From NCBI GenBank assembly GCA_036493735.1, contig DASXPH010000047.1, positions 1,619 to 65,618 of the forward strand: a DNA stretch of 64,000 nt, in the 5' to 3' direction. Shown in pieces: positions 16,503 to 27,177 of the stretch. The position numbers and the translations under genes are program-made. Every line of letters starts with the position of its first letter. The first letter of the stretch is position 1. This DNA comes from Gemmatimonadaceae bacterium. GTDB taxonomy: Bacteria; Gemmatimonadota; Gemmatimonadetes; Gemmatimonadales; Gemmatimonadaceae. The notes under the pieces were generated by a model that was not told the DNA's origin, did no database searches, and saw only the letters and a list, made by a program, of their open reading frames with translations.

Positions 16503-19199
16503 TCAGGCGTCGGCTCGCAGGGCAATGCTGGGGTCTACTCGCGACGCTACGAAGGCAGGCAGGATGCTCGCCATCAGGGCAACCGACAGGAGCACCGCCC
16601 CGACGACCATATATATGACGGGGTCCGTCGGCGACTCCTGGAAGAGCAGTGACGCAATCGCCCGTGCGGCCAGGAGCGCTATGCCGACGCCGAGTACGAT
16701 GCCAACGGAGACAAGCCTGATGCCGCCGTGCATGACGAGTCGCACGACGCTCGCCGCCGACGCGCCGAGGGCGATGCGAACGCCGAGCTCCCGGCGTCGC
16801 TGGGCGACGCCGTACGCGATCACGCTGTACAACCCGATACCAGCCAGCAGCAGTGCCAGGCCGCCGAAGGCGACGAACATGGTGGCGCCCAGCTGCCAGC
16901 TTCGCAGCCTGCCGTCGATCATGTTCCGAAACGGCTCGACGGTGACATAGGAGGAGCCTGGCATCGTGCGCTGCAACTGACGTCGCACGCTCTCGGCGAC
17001 TTCGCTCGCGTTTCCGTCGACACGTACGAACAGCATGCCCTCCGGCTCGCCATGCTGCGCGATCGGGATGTAGTACATGAACTCGTGCGCCTCGCGCAGA
17101 GTATGGAGCCGGAGATCCTCCGACACGCCAATCACCGTCGCGCACGAGGAGTCACGCGACGCAATGCGAATGCATTTGCCTAACGGCTCCTGCCCGGGCC
17201 AGAGCGCGTTCGCCATGCCCTGGCTGACGACAACCACACGCGGCGATCTGGCGTCGTCGTGCTCATCGAACGCGCGTCCGCGCAGGAGCCGTGTTCCAGC
17301 CGTCCGGAAGTAGTCGGGGTTCGCCGCCTGCATGTCGAAATTCCCGAGGACGTCGACGCTGTCGATGCCGGCGACGAAAAGCGCGCGGCTCTCGAATCCA
17401 TAGAAGGGCACCGAGCTCACGATCGATGCACCGACCACACCGGGGATGGATCGCGCTGATTCCACCAGCCGATTCTCGAGCGCCAAGTGCTCGGCCGGCG
17501 TGAACACCACGCCCCGCCTCTGATCCGTCACGAGGAGGAGCGGATCGACATCGTAGCCAAGGCGCAGCGCGCGCACGTGCTGCAGACTGCGCACGAAGAG
17601 TCCCGCACCGACGAGCAGGACCACTGACAGGGTCGCCTGCAGCACGAGCAGCGCGGCGCGGCTGCGCGAGGATCGCAGGCCGGTGTCGCGCCCGGCGCCG
17701 ACGAGCATCGGCGACAATGATGCCCGGGTCGCGTCGAAGAGGGGAGCAATCCCAATCAGCAACGCCGTGATCAGTGTGAGCGCGAGCGTCACGATCAGCG
17801 TGCGATAGTCGGCAACCACACTTGCGCTGAAGTCGGGCGGCAGGAACAGGGCGCGAAGCACCCCACCGCCCCACTGGGCAATTACTAAACCGAGAAGGCC
17901 GCCGAGCGCGGCGAGCACGAAACTCTCGATCAGCAGTTGTTGCAACAACCGCGCGTTGCTTACGCCGAGTGCGCGGCGGAGGGCGATCTCACGGCGACGC
18001 GCGAGAGCGCGCGCGAGCAGCAGATTGGCGACGTTGGCGCACGCGACGAGGAGCACGACGAGAGTCACGCCGGCGACCCAGGTCAATACTCTGGCTTCAG
18101 GTCCGGCGAGTGGTCCCCGCTCCGGCTGCACTGGCCCAACGATGGCAGTGGGTCGAGCTGCGGCGAGCGGTTGCTGCCCCTTTTCAACGGCGAGCTCCGC
18201 GAGCCAGCTGCGCTGGAAAGCGGCGGTGAGGTCCGCACTCGCGGCAGCGACGCTCACCCCTGTCTTTCGTCTAACAACGGCGCTGATCCAGTGGAAACCG
18301 TAATTGGTGACGTAGCTCGCGCCGCGTGCATCCATGCCGAAGGTGGTGACCGGGATGTAGACGGCGGGATCGTGCTCCTCCTCGAACCCGTGGAAACCGG
18401 GCGGCGCGACACCGATGATGGTGCAGAGCGTGTGGCCGACGCGGAGCCGCTGGCCAAGGACATCGGATCGGCCGCCGAACTCCGTTTGCCAGAACCCGAA
18501 GCCGAGGACGGCCACGGGCGTGCCTAACGGGATGCTGTCTTCGGCGGTCGTGTAGTAGCGACCGAGGGCGGGCTTGGCGTCGAAGAAATCGAAGTAGCTC
18601 GCCGAGGCGCCAACTACCTGATGTACGCGGGCCGCGTCACCCTCGCCGACGGCGAGTCGCCACGACACGAACGCGGCGGCGTCGGAGAAATCGTGACTCC
18701 ACCTTACAAGGTCACGGAATCGCGGGAACTGGAAGCCGTCGGTGGTCCGGGTAACTCGGTCTCGGGTGCGCCTGAGGTACACACGATGGACGTGGTCGGC
18801 GTCGCGAAGAAATGTCGGCGGCCGGAGCAGGAGCCGGTCGACGATGCCAAACATCCCCGCGTTGGCGCCAATACCGAGGGCGAGGGTGACGACGACTCCG
18901 GCAGCGAATGCCGGGCGCGCGCGCATCCCGCGCACGGCGTAACGGATGTCGTGGGCGATTGTATCGATGAGGAATGTGCCGCGTGCGTCGCGGCTCTGCT
19001 CCTTGGCGGTGTCGACGCCGCCGAACGCGATTCGCGCACGGCGCGTGGCGTCGGCGCGCGACATTCCGGCTCGCTCGTACTTATCGGTTTCGCGGTCGAG
19101 GTGGAAGCGAAGCTCGTCGTCGAGCTCGCGCTCGACGTCGGGGCGTCGGAAGAGGACGCGGAGCCGATAGCGGAAGTCGCTCCAGAGTTCAGTAAGCAT
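16503..19199 (-). CDS. ADOP/MacB-like ABC-type permease (duplicated FtsX domains), paralog 1
   Basis: ATG at 19199 gives MLTELWSDFRYRLRVLFRRPDVERELDDELRFHLDRE, the typical ADOP N-terminus. It has two FtsX-like modules, and the C-terminus ..RVDPSIALRADA is shared with paralog 2. Confidence 0.85.
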   Translation of the reverse strand: MLTELWSDFRYRLRVLFRRPDVERELDDELRFHLDRETDKYERAGMSRADATRRARIAFGGVDTAKEQSRDARGTFLIDTIAHDIRYAVRGMRARPAFAAGVVVTLALGIGANAGMFGIVDRLLLRPPTFLRDADHVHRVYLRRTRDRVTRTTDGFQFPRFRDLVRWSHDFSDAAAFVSWRLAVGEGDAARVHQVVGASASYFDFFDAKPALGRYYTTAEDSIPLGTPVAVLGFGFWQTEFGGRSDVLGQRLRVGHTLCTIIGVAPPGFHGFEEEHDPAVYIPVTTFGMDARGASYVTNYGFHWISAVVRRKTGVSVAAASADLTAAFQRSWLAELAVEKGQQPLAAARPTAIVGPVQPERGPLAGPEARVLTWVAGVTLVVLLVACANVANLLLARALARRREIALRRALGVSNARLLQQLLIESFVLAALGGLLGLVIAQWGGGVLRALFLPPDFSASVVADYRTLIVTLALTLITALLIGIAPLFDATRASLSPMLVGAGRDTGLRSSRSRAALLVLQATLSVVLLVGAGLFVRSLQHVRALRLGYDVDPLLLVTDQRRGVVFTPAEHLALENRLVESARSIPGVVGASIVSSVPFYGFESRALFVAGIDSVDVLGNFDMQAANPDYFRTAGTRLLRGRAFDEHDDARSPRVVVVSQGMANALWPGQEPLGKCIRIASRDSSCATVIGVSEDLRLHTLREAHEFMYYIPIAQHGEPEGMLFVRVDGNASEVAESVRRQLQRTMPGSSYVTVEPFRNMIDGRLRSWQLGATMFVAFGGLALLLAGIGLYSVIAYGVAQRRRELGVRIALGASAASVVRLVMHGGIRLVSVGIVLGVGIALLAARAIASLLFQESPTDPVIYMVVGAVLLSVALMASILPAFVASRVDPSIALRADA

Positions 19200-19277
19200 C
19201 AATCCTCGCTCGCGTTTTGCGCTCGTGCTCCTCTCACCGATCCAGTCGACCGCGGGCACTCGACCAACAGCCCCCGA

Positions 19278-19329
19278 CCCTTGTACTTCTACAAGAGACG
19301 ATACGTTTCGCCTTGTAGAAGTACAAGGG
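19278..19329. promoter_or_regulatory. Perfect 18-bp inverted repeat upstream of ADOP paralog 1; operator or terminator candidate
   Basis: CCCTTGTACTTCTACAAG (19278-19295), a 16-nt loop, then CTTGTAGAAGTACAAGGG (19312-19329). Each arm is itself a CTTGTA-N4-TACAAG dyad. Confidence 0.6.
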
Positions 19330-19382
19330 GGAAGGGACAGCCGGCCCGAGATGCGCCGGCAGCGGGACGCGGGATGCGGCGA

Positions 19383-19628
19383 TCAGGACGGATTCAGACT
19401 CTCGACGGTGGTTTCAGTGCTCGCCCATACGACGGTCCCCAAGGCGCGGACTGGCCGTGGCGGGTCCTGCCTAACGAGCATCAGGTGAAGCTCCCATCCA
19501 TCGTCGTCGCGATAACCGAGGTCGTTCAGGATTGGCTCGATCTCACGCTCCAGATCTTCGTAAGTATGGTCGTCCACAGCACCAGCGACGAACACCCGGA
19601 CGGTCACCAGCCAATCCCTGACCTCCAA
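19383..19628 (-). CDS. Small hypothetical protein
   Basis: C-terminal part of track ORF 19383..19907. A TTG start at 19628 avoids overlap with glpF. The start is uncertain. Confidence 0.35.
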   Translation of the reverse strand: MEVRDWLVTVRVFVAGAVDDHTYEDLEREIEPILNDLGYRDDDGWELHLMLVRQDPPRPVRALGTVVWASTETTVESLNPS

Positions 19629-19836
19629 CGTGACGGCTCGCGCCCCGGGTGGAAGAATCGTTGGGAAAAGGCGCGTCAGGGTTGGCGTGAGGACCGCCAC
19701 GACCGTCGCATCCGTCACGTTAGTCACCTCGGCATCACAGGCACTGGCAGAACCCCCCGGCAAGCGCGACAATAGCCGCGCCGCTAAGTCCTCGCGACCA
19801 CCCCGACCAACGACAACAGCCCACCGACCCCCGACA

Positions 19837-20571
19837 ATGTCCGCTCTTCTCGCTGAGCTGTTCGGCACCGCGATCCTCATTCTCCTCGGGGACGGGGTCG
19901 TCGCCAATGTTGTTCTGCAGCGCTCGAAAGGCTACAACTCCGGCTGGATCGTGATCACCACCGGCTGGGCGCTCGCGGTCACAATCGCGGTGTACTGCGT
20001 CGCGAGCGTGAGCGGAGCGCACCTCAATCCGGCGGTGACGCTCGCGCTGGCGACGATCGGCACCTTCCCCTGGGCAAAGGTGCCTGGCTACATCGTCGCG
20101 CAGATCATCGGTGGCTTCCTTGGCGGCGTTCTCGTCTGGCTGCAGTATCTGCCGCACTGGAGCGCGACGCCGGATCCGGACGCGAAGCTCGCGGTGTTCT
20201 CGACGATGCCTGCCATTCGCCGGTCGGGCGCGAACCTGATCTCCGAGACCCTTGGCGGGTTCATGCTCGTGTTCGCGCTGCTGGCCGTGATCTCACCGGG
20301 GAATTTCGTTCCCGGCTCCGAGCTGTCGAAGGGGCTCGGCCCGCTGCTCGTCGGCGCGATCGTCGCCGCGATCGGTCTGTCGTTAGGTGGCCCGACCGGC
20401 TACGCGATCAACCCCGCACGCGACCTTGGGCCGCGGATCGCGCACGCCGTGTTGCCGATCGTCGGCAAGAGGAATTCGGATTGGGGGTACGCATGGATTC
20501 CGATTGTCGGGCCGATCGTGGGAGGGGTGTTGGGGGGGGTGCTCTATCATGTTCTTTGGGGACGAAGTTGA
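19837..20571 (+). CDS. glpF: MIP-family glycerol uptake facilitator (aquaglyceroporin)
   Basis: ATG at 19837. Two NPA boxes are present (HLNPAVTLA and INPARDLGPR). It lies directly upstream of glpK. Confidence 0.9.
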   Translation: MSALLAELFGTAILILLGDGVVANVVLQRSKGYNSGWIVITTGWALAVTIAVYCVASVSGAHLNPAVTLALATIGTFPWAKVPGYIVAQIIGGFLGGVLVWLQYLPHWSATPDPDAKLAVFSTMPAIRRSGANLISETLGGFMLVFALLAVISPGNFVPGSELSKGLGPLLVGAIVAAIGLSLGGPTGYAINPARDLGPRIAHAVLPIVGKRNSDWGYAWIPIVGPIVGGVLGGVLYHVLWGRS

Positions 20572-20598
20572 CACATCACTAAACCACGCGATACAACC

Positions 20599-22083
20599 AT
20601 GAAGGTCATCCTTGCCCTGGATCAGGGCACCACCAGCTCCCGCGCCATCGTCTTCGACCACGCCGGCTCGATCGTCGCCGTCGCGCAGAAGGAGTTTAGG
20701 CAGATCTTCCCGAAGCCCGGCTGGGTGGAGCACGATCCGCGCGACATCTGGTCGTCGCAGGCGGGGGTCGCGGCCGAGGCGCTGACGAAGGCTGGCGCCG
20801 CGGCGACGGACGTCGCGGCCATCGGGATCACCAATCAGCGCGAGACGACGATCGTCTGGGATCGCGCGACTGGGGAGCCGGTGTGCAACGCCATCGTCTG
20901 GCAGGATCGACGCACGGCAGCAATCTGCGACCGACTGAAGGCGCGAAAGCTCGATCGAGTCATCCGCCGGAAGACGGGGCTCGTGATCGACGCGTATTTC
21001 TCGGCGACGAAAGCGCAATGGATTTTAGAGAATGTGAAAGGCGCGAAGGCGCGCGCGAAGCGGGGCGAGCTGGCATTCGGGACAGTGGATTCCTGGCTCG
21101 TCTGGCAGCTCACCGGCGGCCGCGTGCACGTGACCGACGCGAGCAATGCCTCGCGGACGATGCTCTTCGACATCGCAAAGGGCGAGTGGGATGAGGAGCT
21201 GCTGAAGATCTTCGGCGTCCCGCGCTCGATGCTTCCCGAGGTGCGTTCTTCGAGTGAGGTCTACGGCGAAACAACGCTCCTCGGCGCATCGATTCCGATC
21301 GCGGGCATTGCCGGGGACCAGCAGGCAGCGCTCTTCGGCCAGGCGTGCACGAAGCCTGGCATGGCCAAGAACACCTACGGCACGGGTTGTTTCATGCTCA
21401 TGAACACGGGCACAAAGCGCATCGCGTCGAAAAACAACCTGCTGACGACGGTTGCCTGGCGGATCGGCGACCGCACCGAGTACGCGCTCGAGGGGAGCAT
21501 CTTCATCGCCGGCGCCGTGGTGCAGTGGCTCCGCGACGGTCTCGAGTTCTTCCGCGCCGCCCCGGAGATCGAGGCGCTCGCGCGGAGCGTCCCCGATACG
21601 GGCGGTGTCTATCTCGTGCCGGCGTTCGCGGGGCTCGGGGCACCCCACTGGGATCAGTATGCGCGTGGCACGATCGTCGGCCTCACGAGGGGCACCACCA
21701 AGGCGCACATCGCCCGTGCCGCGCTGGAGTCGATCGCGCTCCAAACGATGGACGTGCTCGTGGCGATGCAGGCCGACGCCGGGATCAAGCTCAAGCAGCT
21801 CCGGGTGGATGGCGGCGCGAGCGCGAACAACCTCCTGATGCAACTGCAGGCGGACTTGTTAGGTGTGCCGGTCGTCCGTCCAAAAGTATCCGAGACGACC
21901 GCGTTAGGCGCCGCCTACCTCGCCGGTCTAGCCGTGGGCTTCTGGAAGTCGACGGCTGAGATCGCGCGTCAATGGCAGGTGGACCGGGAGTTCAAACCGG
22001 GGATGAAGGGGACGGAGCGGAAGCAGATTGCGAGTGGATGGGAGCGTGCGCTGGGAAGGGCAAAAGGGTGGGAGACGGCGTGA
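20599..22083 (+). CDS. glpK: Glycerol kinase
   Basis: 494 aa. The N-terminus is [27 protein letters not shown], with FGGY-family motifs throughout. The C-terminus EFKPGM..W..A..R..GW resembles E. coli GlpK. Confidence 0.95.
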   Translation: MKVILALDQGTTSSRAIVFDHAGSIVAVAQKEFRQIFPKPGWVEHDPRDIWSSQAGVAAEALTKAGAAATDVAAIGITNQRETTIVWDRATGEPVCNAIVWQDRRTAAICDRLKARKLDRVIRRKTGLVIDAYFSATKAQWILENVKGAKARAKRGELAFGTVDSWLVWQLTGGRVHVTDASNASRTMLFDIAKGEWDEELLKIFGVPRSMLPEVRSSSEVYGETTLLGASIPIAGIAGDQQAALFGQACTKPGMAKNTYGTGCFMLMNTGTKRIASKNNLLTTVAWRIGDRTEYALEGSIFIAGAVVQWLRDGLEFFRAAPEIEALARSVPDTGGVYLVPAFAGLGAPHWDQYARGTIVGLTRGTTKAHIARAALESIALQTMDVLVAMQADAGIKLKQLRVDGGASANNLLMQLQADLLGVPVVRPKVSETTALGAAYLAGLAVGFWKSTAEIARQWQVDREFKPGMKGTERKQIASGWERALGRAKGWETA

Positions 22084-24337
22084 CGGCGCGGCCGGGCCAC
22101 CAGTTCCACTTGCCCGCCAGCGCCAGCAATGCGGGGCTGACGGCGAGCCGCATCACCGTCGCGTCGAGAAGCACCGCGACCGCGAGTGCGAAGCCGAGCA
22201 TCTTCATGAGAAGGAAGTCGGCGAACATGAAGGCCCCGAACACGACGATCATGATTGCAGCGGCACTGGTGATCAGGCGGGCCGTATCAGCCAGGCCGTC
22301 AGCAATCGCGGCACGTTCCTCGGCGCCGCGCTGACGCGCCTCGCGAACGCGAGCGACAAGGAACACCTCGTAGTCCATGCTCAGGCCGAACACGACGCAG
22401 AAGACGAGCACTGGGATCGCCGGAAAGATGGCGCCGAGCGGCGCGGCAATGCCTAGCCAGCGCGCGCCGATGCCATCCTGAAAGACGAGCGTCACGGCGC
22501 CGAAAGCGGCCGCGACCGCGAGCAAGTTGAGGACGATGGCCTTCAGAGGCACGAGCAGCGAGCGGAAGCCAATGGCGAGCACGAGGAAGGTCGCCCCCAC
22601 GATGAGGCCGACCACCTCGAGGAATCGCCGTCCTCCGGAAACGGCGTCCTGATAATCGACGTTGAGCGCGGGAAGTCCACCGACTCGTACTCGTGCCGCT
22701 CCGGGGCCGGTGACGAGCATGGGTGGCGCGGCCCGCGTGCGCCTAACGAAATCGCCGAGCTGCTGGGGAGTGGCGCCCTCACGCGGGATGGCCTCGAGCA
22801 TTGCGATTCGGCCGTCGCGGCTCACGAACGACGCGCGCACGTCGGGCGGCACCGCAGCGACGAGCACAGATCGCGGCAATGTCGCGCCCAACGGGGCGAC
22901 GAGTCCGGGGAGTGACCGGACACGCGCGACGGCGGGATCCGCGACCAGTAGCCTTGCGAGCCGCGTCGTTGCTGCCCAGCCGCTGTCGTCGACCGCGGTG
23001 ACGCCGGGCGGCATCTCGACCGTAACGCGCACCGTCTGCACGACGGAGCCGCGTCCCATTGCCTCGAGCGCATGCAGCGCGACAGCCGATTCCATCGTCG
23101 CCGGCAGCCAGTTTCCTCGCGGTTGGCCGACGGCGAGACGGCGTGCCTGCCAGGCCAGTGCGCCGACTGGCAGCGCCGCGAGAACGAGCACGAGTGCGGG
23201 GTAGCGCGTCACCAGCACCGCCCAGCTACGCCATCGCGTCTTCGGCGCTCGCCTGTTGTTCATCCTCGAAGGGCGCCCACGCTGGATCGAGAGCCGGCCG
23301 AAATCCACTCGCCCGCCCATCATTGCCAGAGCGCCGGGGAGGAGTGTCGTGGTGATGAGCATCGACGCCAGCGTCACCAGCAGCCCACCAACGGCGACCG
23401 ACCGCAGTTCGTTCACAGGGAGCACCGCCAGTGCGCCGAAGCCGATCGCGACGGCCGTACCCGAAAGCAGGATCGTCGGTCCAGCGGCAGCCAGGGCGTC
23501 TCTCGCCGCGCGCTCGCGATCGCGGCTCTCGCCCAGCTCCGCGCGGAAGCGTTGCACGACGAGCAGCGAGTAATCGATGCCAAGGCCGAGGCCGATCATC
23601 GTGACGACATTCTGGAGCAGGATGGAGAGCGACCAGACGTGTGCCGCGAGCGCCGCCAGCCCTAACGACACACCGATTGCGATCATCGCGCCGGCCACTG
23701 GGAGCAGCGCGGCGATGATCGCTCCAAAGGCGGCGAGCAGGAGAACGAAGCTCAATGGTAGGGCGCGCCATTCCGCGCCCCGGGCGTCGCGAGCGCTCGT
23801 CCGCCGGAGATCGGCGTTGAGCGCGCTCTCGCCAGTCCAGCGCAGAGCGGCGCCAGGAAATCGGCGGACGAGCGCCGTCGCGAGGCGAGCCGTCGACGCG
23901 CGCATGCTGTCGAGGCGCTGGTCGGGAGCGATCCGGTCGTCGACGCCGACGACGAGAAAGGTGCCGCCGTCGCTTCCCAGGAAGATGGAATCATGGCCGT
24001 CCAGGTAGCTCACAACGCGTGCGACACCGGACATCGCGTGTACGGAGTCGACGACGAGTCGGAGTGTGGTGTCGCCAACGGGAGTCGCCGGCGACGGAAC
24101 GCTCGACGCGACGAGCACGAGCGGGTGGGCCAACGATGAGCCGAAGCGTCGCGCGAGCTGCTCGTCGACCATCGCCGACTCGCTGCCGCCAACACGCGCG
24201 GCGACGCCGAGGAGGGACTCGATCCGTCGTGCACCCGGAAGCAGTAGCAGACAGGCGAGTAGCCACACGGTTGCGACGCGTCGTCGCCGTCTAACGATCA
24301 AAGCCGCCAACGTCGCGTGATACGCCTCGAGACTCAT
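21992..24337 (-). CDS. MMPL-family (RND-like) membrane transporter
   Basis: 781 aa with two 6-TM modules carrying [15 protein letters not shown] and [17 protein letters not shown] motifs. Its ATG overlaps the GNAT stop (ATGA at 24334-24337). Confidence 0.85.
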   Translation of the reverse strand: MSLEAYHATLAALIVRRRRRVATVWLLACLLLLPGARRIESLLGVAARVGGSESAMVDEQLARRFGSSLAHPLVLVASSVPSPATPVGDTTLRLVVDSVHAMSGVARVVSYLDGHDSIFLGSDGGTFLVVGVDDRIAPDQRLDSMRASTARLATALVRRFPGAALRWTGESALNADLRRTSARDARGAEWRALPLSFVLLLAAFGAIIAALLPVAGAMIAIGVSLGLAALAAHVWSLSILLQNVVTMIGLGLGIDYSLLVVQRFRAELGESRDRERAARDALAAAGPTILLSGTAVAIGFGALAVLPVNELRSVAVGGLLVTLASMLITTTLLPGALAMMGGRVDFGRLSIQRGRPSRMNNRRAPKTRWRSWAVLVTRYPALVLVLAALPVGALAWQARRLAVGQPRGNWLPATMESAVALHALEAMGRGSVVQTVRVTVEMPPGVTAVDDSGWAATTRLARLLVADPAVARVRSLPGLVAPLGATLPRSVLVAAVPPDVRASFVSRDGRIAMLEAIPREGATPQQLGDFVRRTRAAPPMLVTGPGAARVRVGGLPALNVDYQDAVSGGRRFLEVVGLIVGATFLVLAIGFRSLLVPLKAIVLNLLAVAAAFGAVTLVFQDGIGARWLGIAAPLGAIFPAIPVLVFCVVFGLSMDYEVFLVARVREARQRGAEERAAIADGLADTARLITSAAAIMIVVFGAFMFADFLLMKMLGFALAVAVLLDATVMRLAVSPALLALAGKWNWWPGRAVTPSPTLLPFPAHAPIHSQSASAPSPSSPV

Positions 24338-25470
24338 ACGAGGGCGATCTCGTAGTGGAGGGGCCGGTCGGCGAGGGGCGGCCCGACGTAGTCACCGCCG
24401 GGTGTGCAGACGTACGCGTTGACGTTCGTCGGCTGCGTGAAGAGTCCGTCGAGGGCCGAGCACAACGGGTCGCACAGGTCGAGACCGATCGTCGCGAACG
24501 CATAGTGCGCCGCGCGCAGCTCGGCGTGGCTGCGCCGAAGCAGCGCGCGGAGCACTTGCGGCTGCTCCGGCCGTACGCAAACGTGAACGGCAGTCCGATA
24601 TCGGAGCGATCCGCCGACCTCGGGCAAACCGACTCCACCCGTTAGGCCGCCAAGGGCGTTAACGATTGCTCGCGCAACGCGCAGTCGAGGCGAGTAGCGC
24701 GTCACCTGCATCTGCTTGAATGATTCCTGGTCCCACCACCCCAGGAATCCGACGATGCGTCCGCGTCGATCACGAGCGACGCGATAGTCCGTGATCGCGA
24801 GAGAAGGCGCGGCCTGAATCCAGGCCGCGAGTGAATCGGCCGTGAAAGCTGGTGCAAACTGGCGATGCGCAGCAACGCTTGCCCAGAGCTCGGCCATCTC
24901 GAGAACATCGCATGCCCTAGCTGGCGTGATGACGAGACCGTCCGTTGCCTCGCGCCGTGAGAAAAGGAGCGGGATCGAGAAGACTCGAATCGTGGCAAAG
25001 CGCCCGAAGCGAGGCACGAGACCGCGGCCAGCGGTGCGATGCTCCATCGCGCGATTGCCGGCCAGAATCGTCAGCAGCAGCGGAGTGTCGCTCCCGCCCA
25101 TCTCGGCGAGGGTGCATCGCACCCATTCGCTCAGCGCGTCCGCGACACCGGCGCGGCGCGCCGCTGGGTGCACCTTGAGATCGCCGGCATACAGTGTGGG
25201 CTGCGCGACGCCGTGCAGGTAAGCTTGTCGCACCGCGCCCATGACGCAGCCGACGACACAGCCGTCGACTTCCGCGACGCCGACTCGCCACGCCGTGCCC
25301 TCGAGCCGAGCGAGCTGGAAGAAGTCGGGCTGGCGCGTCACGCGCAGCGCGATGTCGCCCTCCATCGAGCAGGCGGCGGCGATGGCGACGAGTGCGTCAT
25401 TGTCGGCGGGCTCGGCATCGCGGACAGTGATTCCCTGCGTGGCTGGAGTCGTTAGGCTCACGGCGACCAC
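24334..25470 (-). CDS. Large two-part GNAT-family acyltransferase
   Basis: 378 aa with a GTG start. The N-terminal half has a GNAT acetyl-CoA-binding-like region (LKVHPAARRAGVADAL). The C-terminal half is unassigned. Confidence 0.7.
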   Translation of the reverse strand: MVAVSLTTPATQGITVRDAEPADNDALVAIAAACSMEGDIALRVTRQPDFFQLARLEGTAWRVGVAEVDGCVVGCVMGAVRQAYLHGVAQPTLYAGDLKVHPAARRAGVADALSEWVRCTLAEMGGSDTPLLLTILAGNRAMEHRTAGRGLVPRFGRFATIRVFSIPLLFSRREATDGLVITPARACDVLEMAELWASVAAHRQFAPAFTADSLAAWIQAAPSLAITDYRVARDRRGRIVGFLGWWDQESFKQMQVTRYSPRLRVARAIVNALGGLTGGVGLPEVGGSLRYRTAVHVCVRPEQPQVLRALLRRSHAELRAAHYAFATIGLDLCDPLCSALDGLFTQPTNVNAYVCTPGGDYVGPPLADRPLHYEIALV

Positions 25471-26639
25471 CCGGTGTCAACACGACAGAGAGCGAAGCGT
25501 CGCTGTACCACACTTCGGTCACAGCGCATGAGCCGCTGGCCCAGCACGCGATCTTCGACGATGACGTCCCGGTAGCGCAGTGGAATTTCGGTCCAGCCAA
25601 CGAAATTGCGGAAGCACAGCACGGCGCCCGGTACGGCGGTGCGCGTGATCTCGCCAAAGAGATCGAGCAGCTGATTGGGTGACAGCCACTCGCAGATGTT
25701 GGAGAGTACGAAGCCAGTGACGCTATTCGGTGCGAGCGCACGCAGATACTCCGTCATCGTACCATCCACGAGCGCGAGTCGGTCAATGGCATCGGCCGCC
25801 GCGTCGTGTCCCGTGCGGCTCAGATACGGTGGTACGCCATCGAATGCGTCGACCGGATATCGCCCCGTGAGCATGTGGTGCACGAAGTAGTTGTCACGCA
25901 CCGGCAGCTCGGTGAGCGTTTCCTCCGCGCGAACTCGGAAATGTTCGGCGAAGCTCGGTCGATGGAGATGAGCGAAGAACGCCGGATCGTACGTGCGACG
26001 AAACACGCCGCGATTCAGCAATAACTGGAAGAAGAGCCGCCAACGGCGGGTATTCCATTCGCGAGCAAAGAGCTCGCGCTGCTCGTCGAGCGATGTCGCG
26101 GCCAGCATCCGCTCGATGCGTGACCGAGGATGCACGAAGAGCCGTAACGCGAGCGCGAGGTTGCGAACGAACTTTTCTGTGACGCCTACTCCGAGCACGC
26201 CTGCCGCGACGTCGGGCAGGCGGCCATCCCAGTAGGCGCACGCCGGCGCCGTGAGGCGCGAGCGCAAGATGGCGTACGCGTCGATTCGCCCGAGCGCCGA
26301 GCCGTCGGCCGCGCCTAGGAAAACAAACGTCTCACGATGACCGAGAACAGCAATGGCCGCGAGCTTGAGCTCGATGAGGTGATTCTGGGTGCGGTTGAGA
26401 TCGACCGCGGTGACGTGACCCGCGCCGGCGGCGAGCAGTGAGAGCGCTGTACACCCCGCCGACCCGACGACGACAACCGAATCGTTAGGCCCGGGATCGA
26501 GGGCCTCGATCTCGAGCCGAGGGTCCTCGCGCACCTGAGCGAAGTAGAGTCGATCGTCGACGGAGCCCGGAAGCGTGGTGCGAAGTAACGCGAAGGGCGC
26601 AGCGCGCGCGGAGGGGTCGGAGGGAACGGTCAGGCGCAT
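25458..26639 (-). CDS. DUF3419 / BtaA-like SAM-dependent (3-amino-3-carboxypropyl transferase-like) protein
   Basis: ATG at 26639. YFAQVREDPRLEIEAL..VVVVGSAGCTALSLL matches the BtaA/DUF3419 N-terminal signature. The first ~230 codons of track ORF 25458..27338 overlap the neighbouring gene in another frame and are rejected. Confidence 0.7.
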   Translation of the reverse strand: MRLTVPSDPSARAAPFALLRTTLPGSVDDRLYFAQVREDPRLEIEALDPGPNDSVVVVGSAGCTALSLLAAGAGHVTAVDLNRTQNHLIELKLAAIAVLGHRETFVFLGAADGSALGRIDAYAILRSRLTAPACAYWDGRLPDVAAGVLGVGVTEKFVRNLALALRLFVHPRSRIERMLAATSLDEQRELFAREWNTRRWRLFFQLLLNRGVFRRTYDPAFFAHLHRPSFAEHFRVRAEETLTELPVRDNYFVHHMLTGRYPVDAFDGVPPYLSRTGHDAAADAIDRLALVDGTMTEYLRALAPNSVTGFVLSNICEWLSPNQLLDLFGEITRTAVPGAVLCFRNFVGWTEIPLRYRDVIVEDRVLGQRLMRCDRSVVQRRFALCRVDTGWSP

Positions 26640-27175
26640 GCGAGCTCCTGCCATCCGTACTCGCTCATCAGCTGCTTGCGAATCGCGGCGTCGGCGGCGC
26701 TGTAACGGCGCATCAGAGTCGGGATCGCCGAGCGGCGTGAGCCCGTCTGTCGGTCGAGCCACTCTTTCACCCACGAGAGATGTCCGCGCTCGTCGGCGAG
26801 CATGCGGCGGAGCGTCGCCTGGACGCGTGGGTGCGTACCAGGCCGGCGCAGATGCGCCACGAAGTGGCGATAAACGCCGCGCTCGAATACCTGGGTCAGT
26901 GCCAGCACCTCGAGCAGTGACGTTGGCGTGCCGATCACACCGGCGTATCGCGATTGATAGGTATCTGCGGTGGGAGTCGGACGGCCTCCGACGTCGACGA
27001 TGGTCTCGGTCCAGAGCTGCGCGTGAAGGACTTCCTCGGCGCTGTGCGCCGTCAATCGCACTATGAGATTCGCGTCGCGCACATGCTGAACGAGGCGGCC
27101 GAGAATCAATCCACCCTGCAGCTCGGATGCACGATAGAAGTTGAGCACCGTGAGCTCGCGATAGTTGATTTCCAT
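26630..27175 (-). CDS. Ferritin-like four-helix-bundle diiron protein
   Basis: ATG at 27175 (MEINYRELTV). It shows an E...EXXH...E...EXXH pattern (ASELQG, AEEVLH, VFERG, ADERGH). Confidence 0.65.
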   Translation of the reverse strand: MEINYRELTVLNFYRASELQGGLILGRLVQHVRDANLIVRLTAHSAEEVLHAQLWTETIVDVGGRPTPTADTYQSRYAGVIGTPTSLLEVLALTQVFERGVYRHFVAHLRRPGTHPRVQATLRRMLADERGHLSWVKEWLDRQTGSRRSAIPTLMRRYSAADAAIRKQLMSEYGWQELACA

Positions 27176-27177
27176 GG

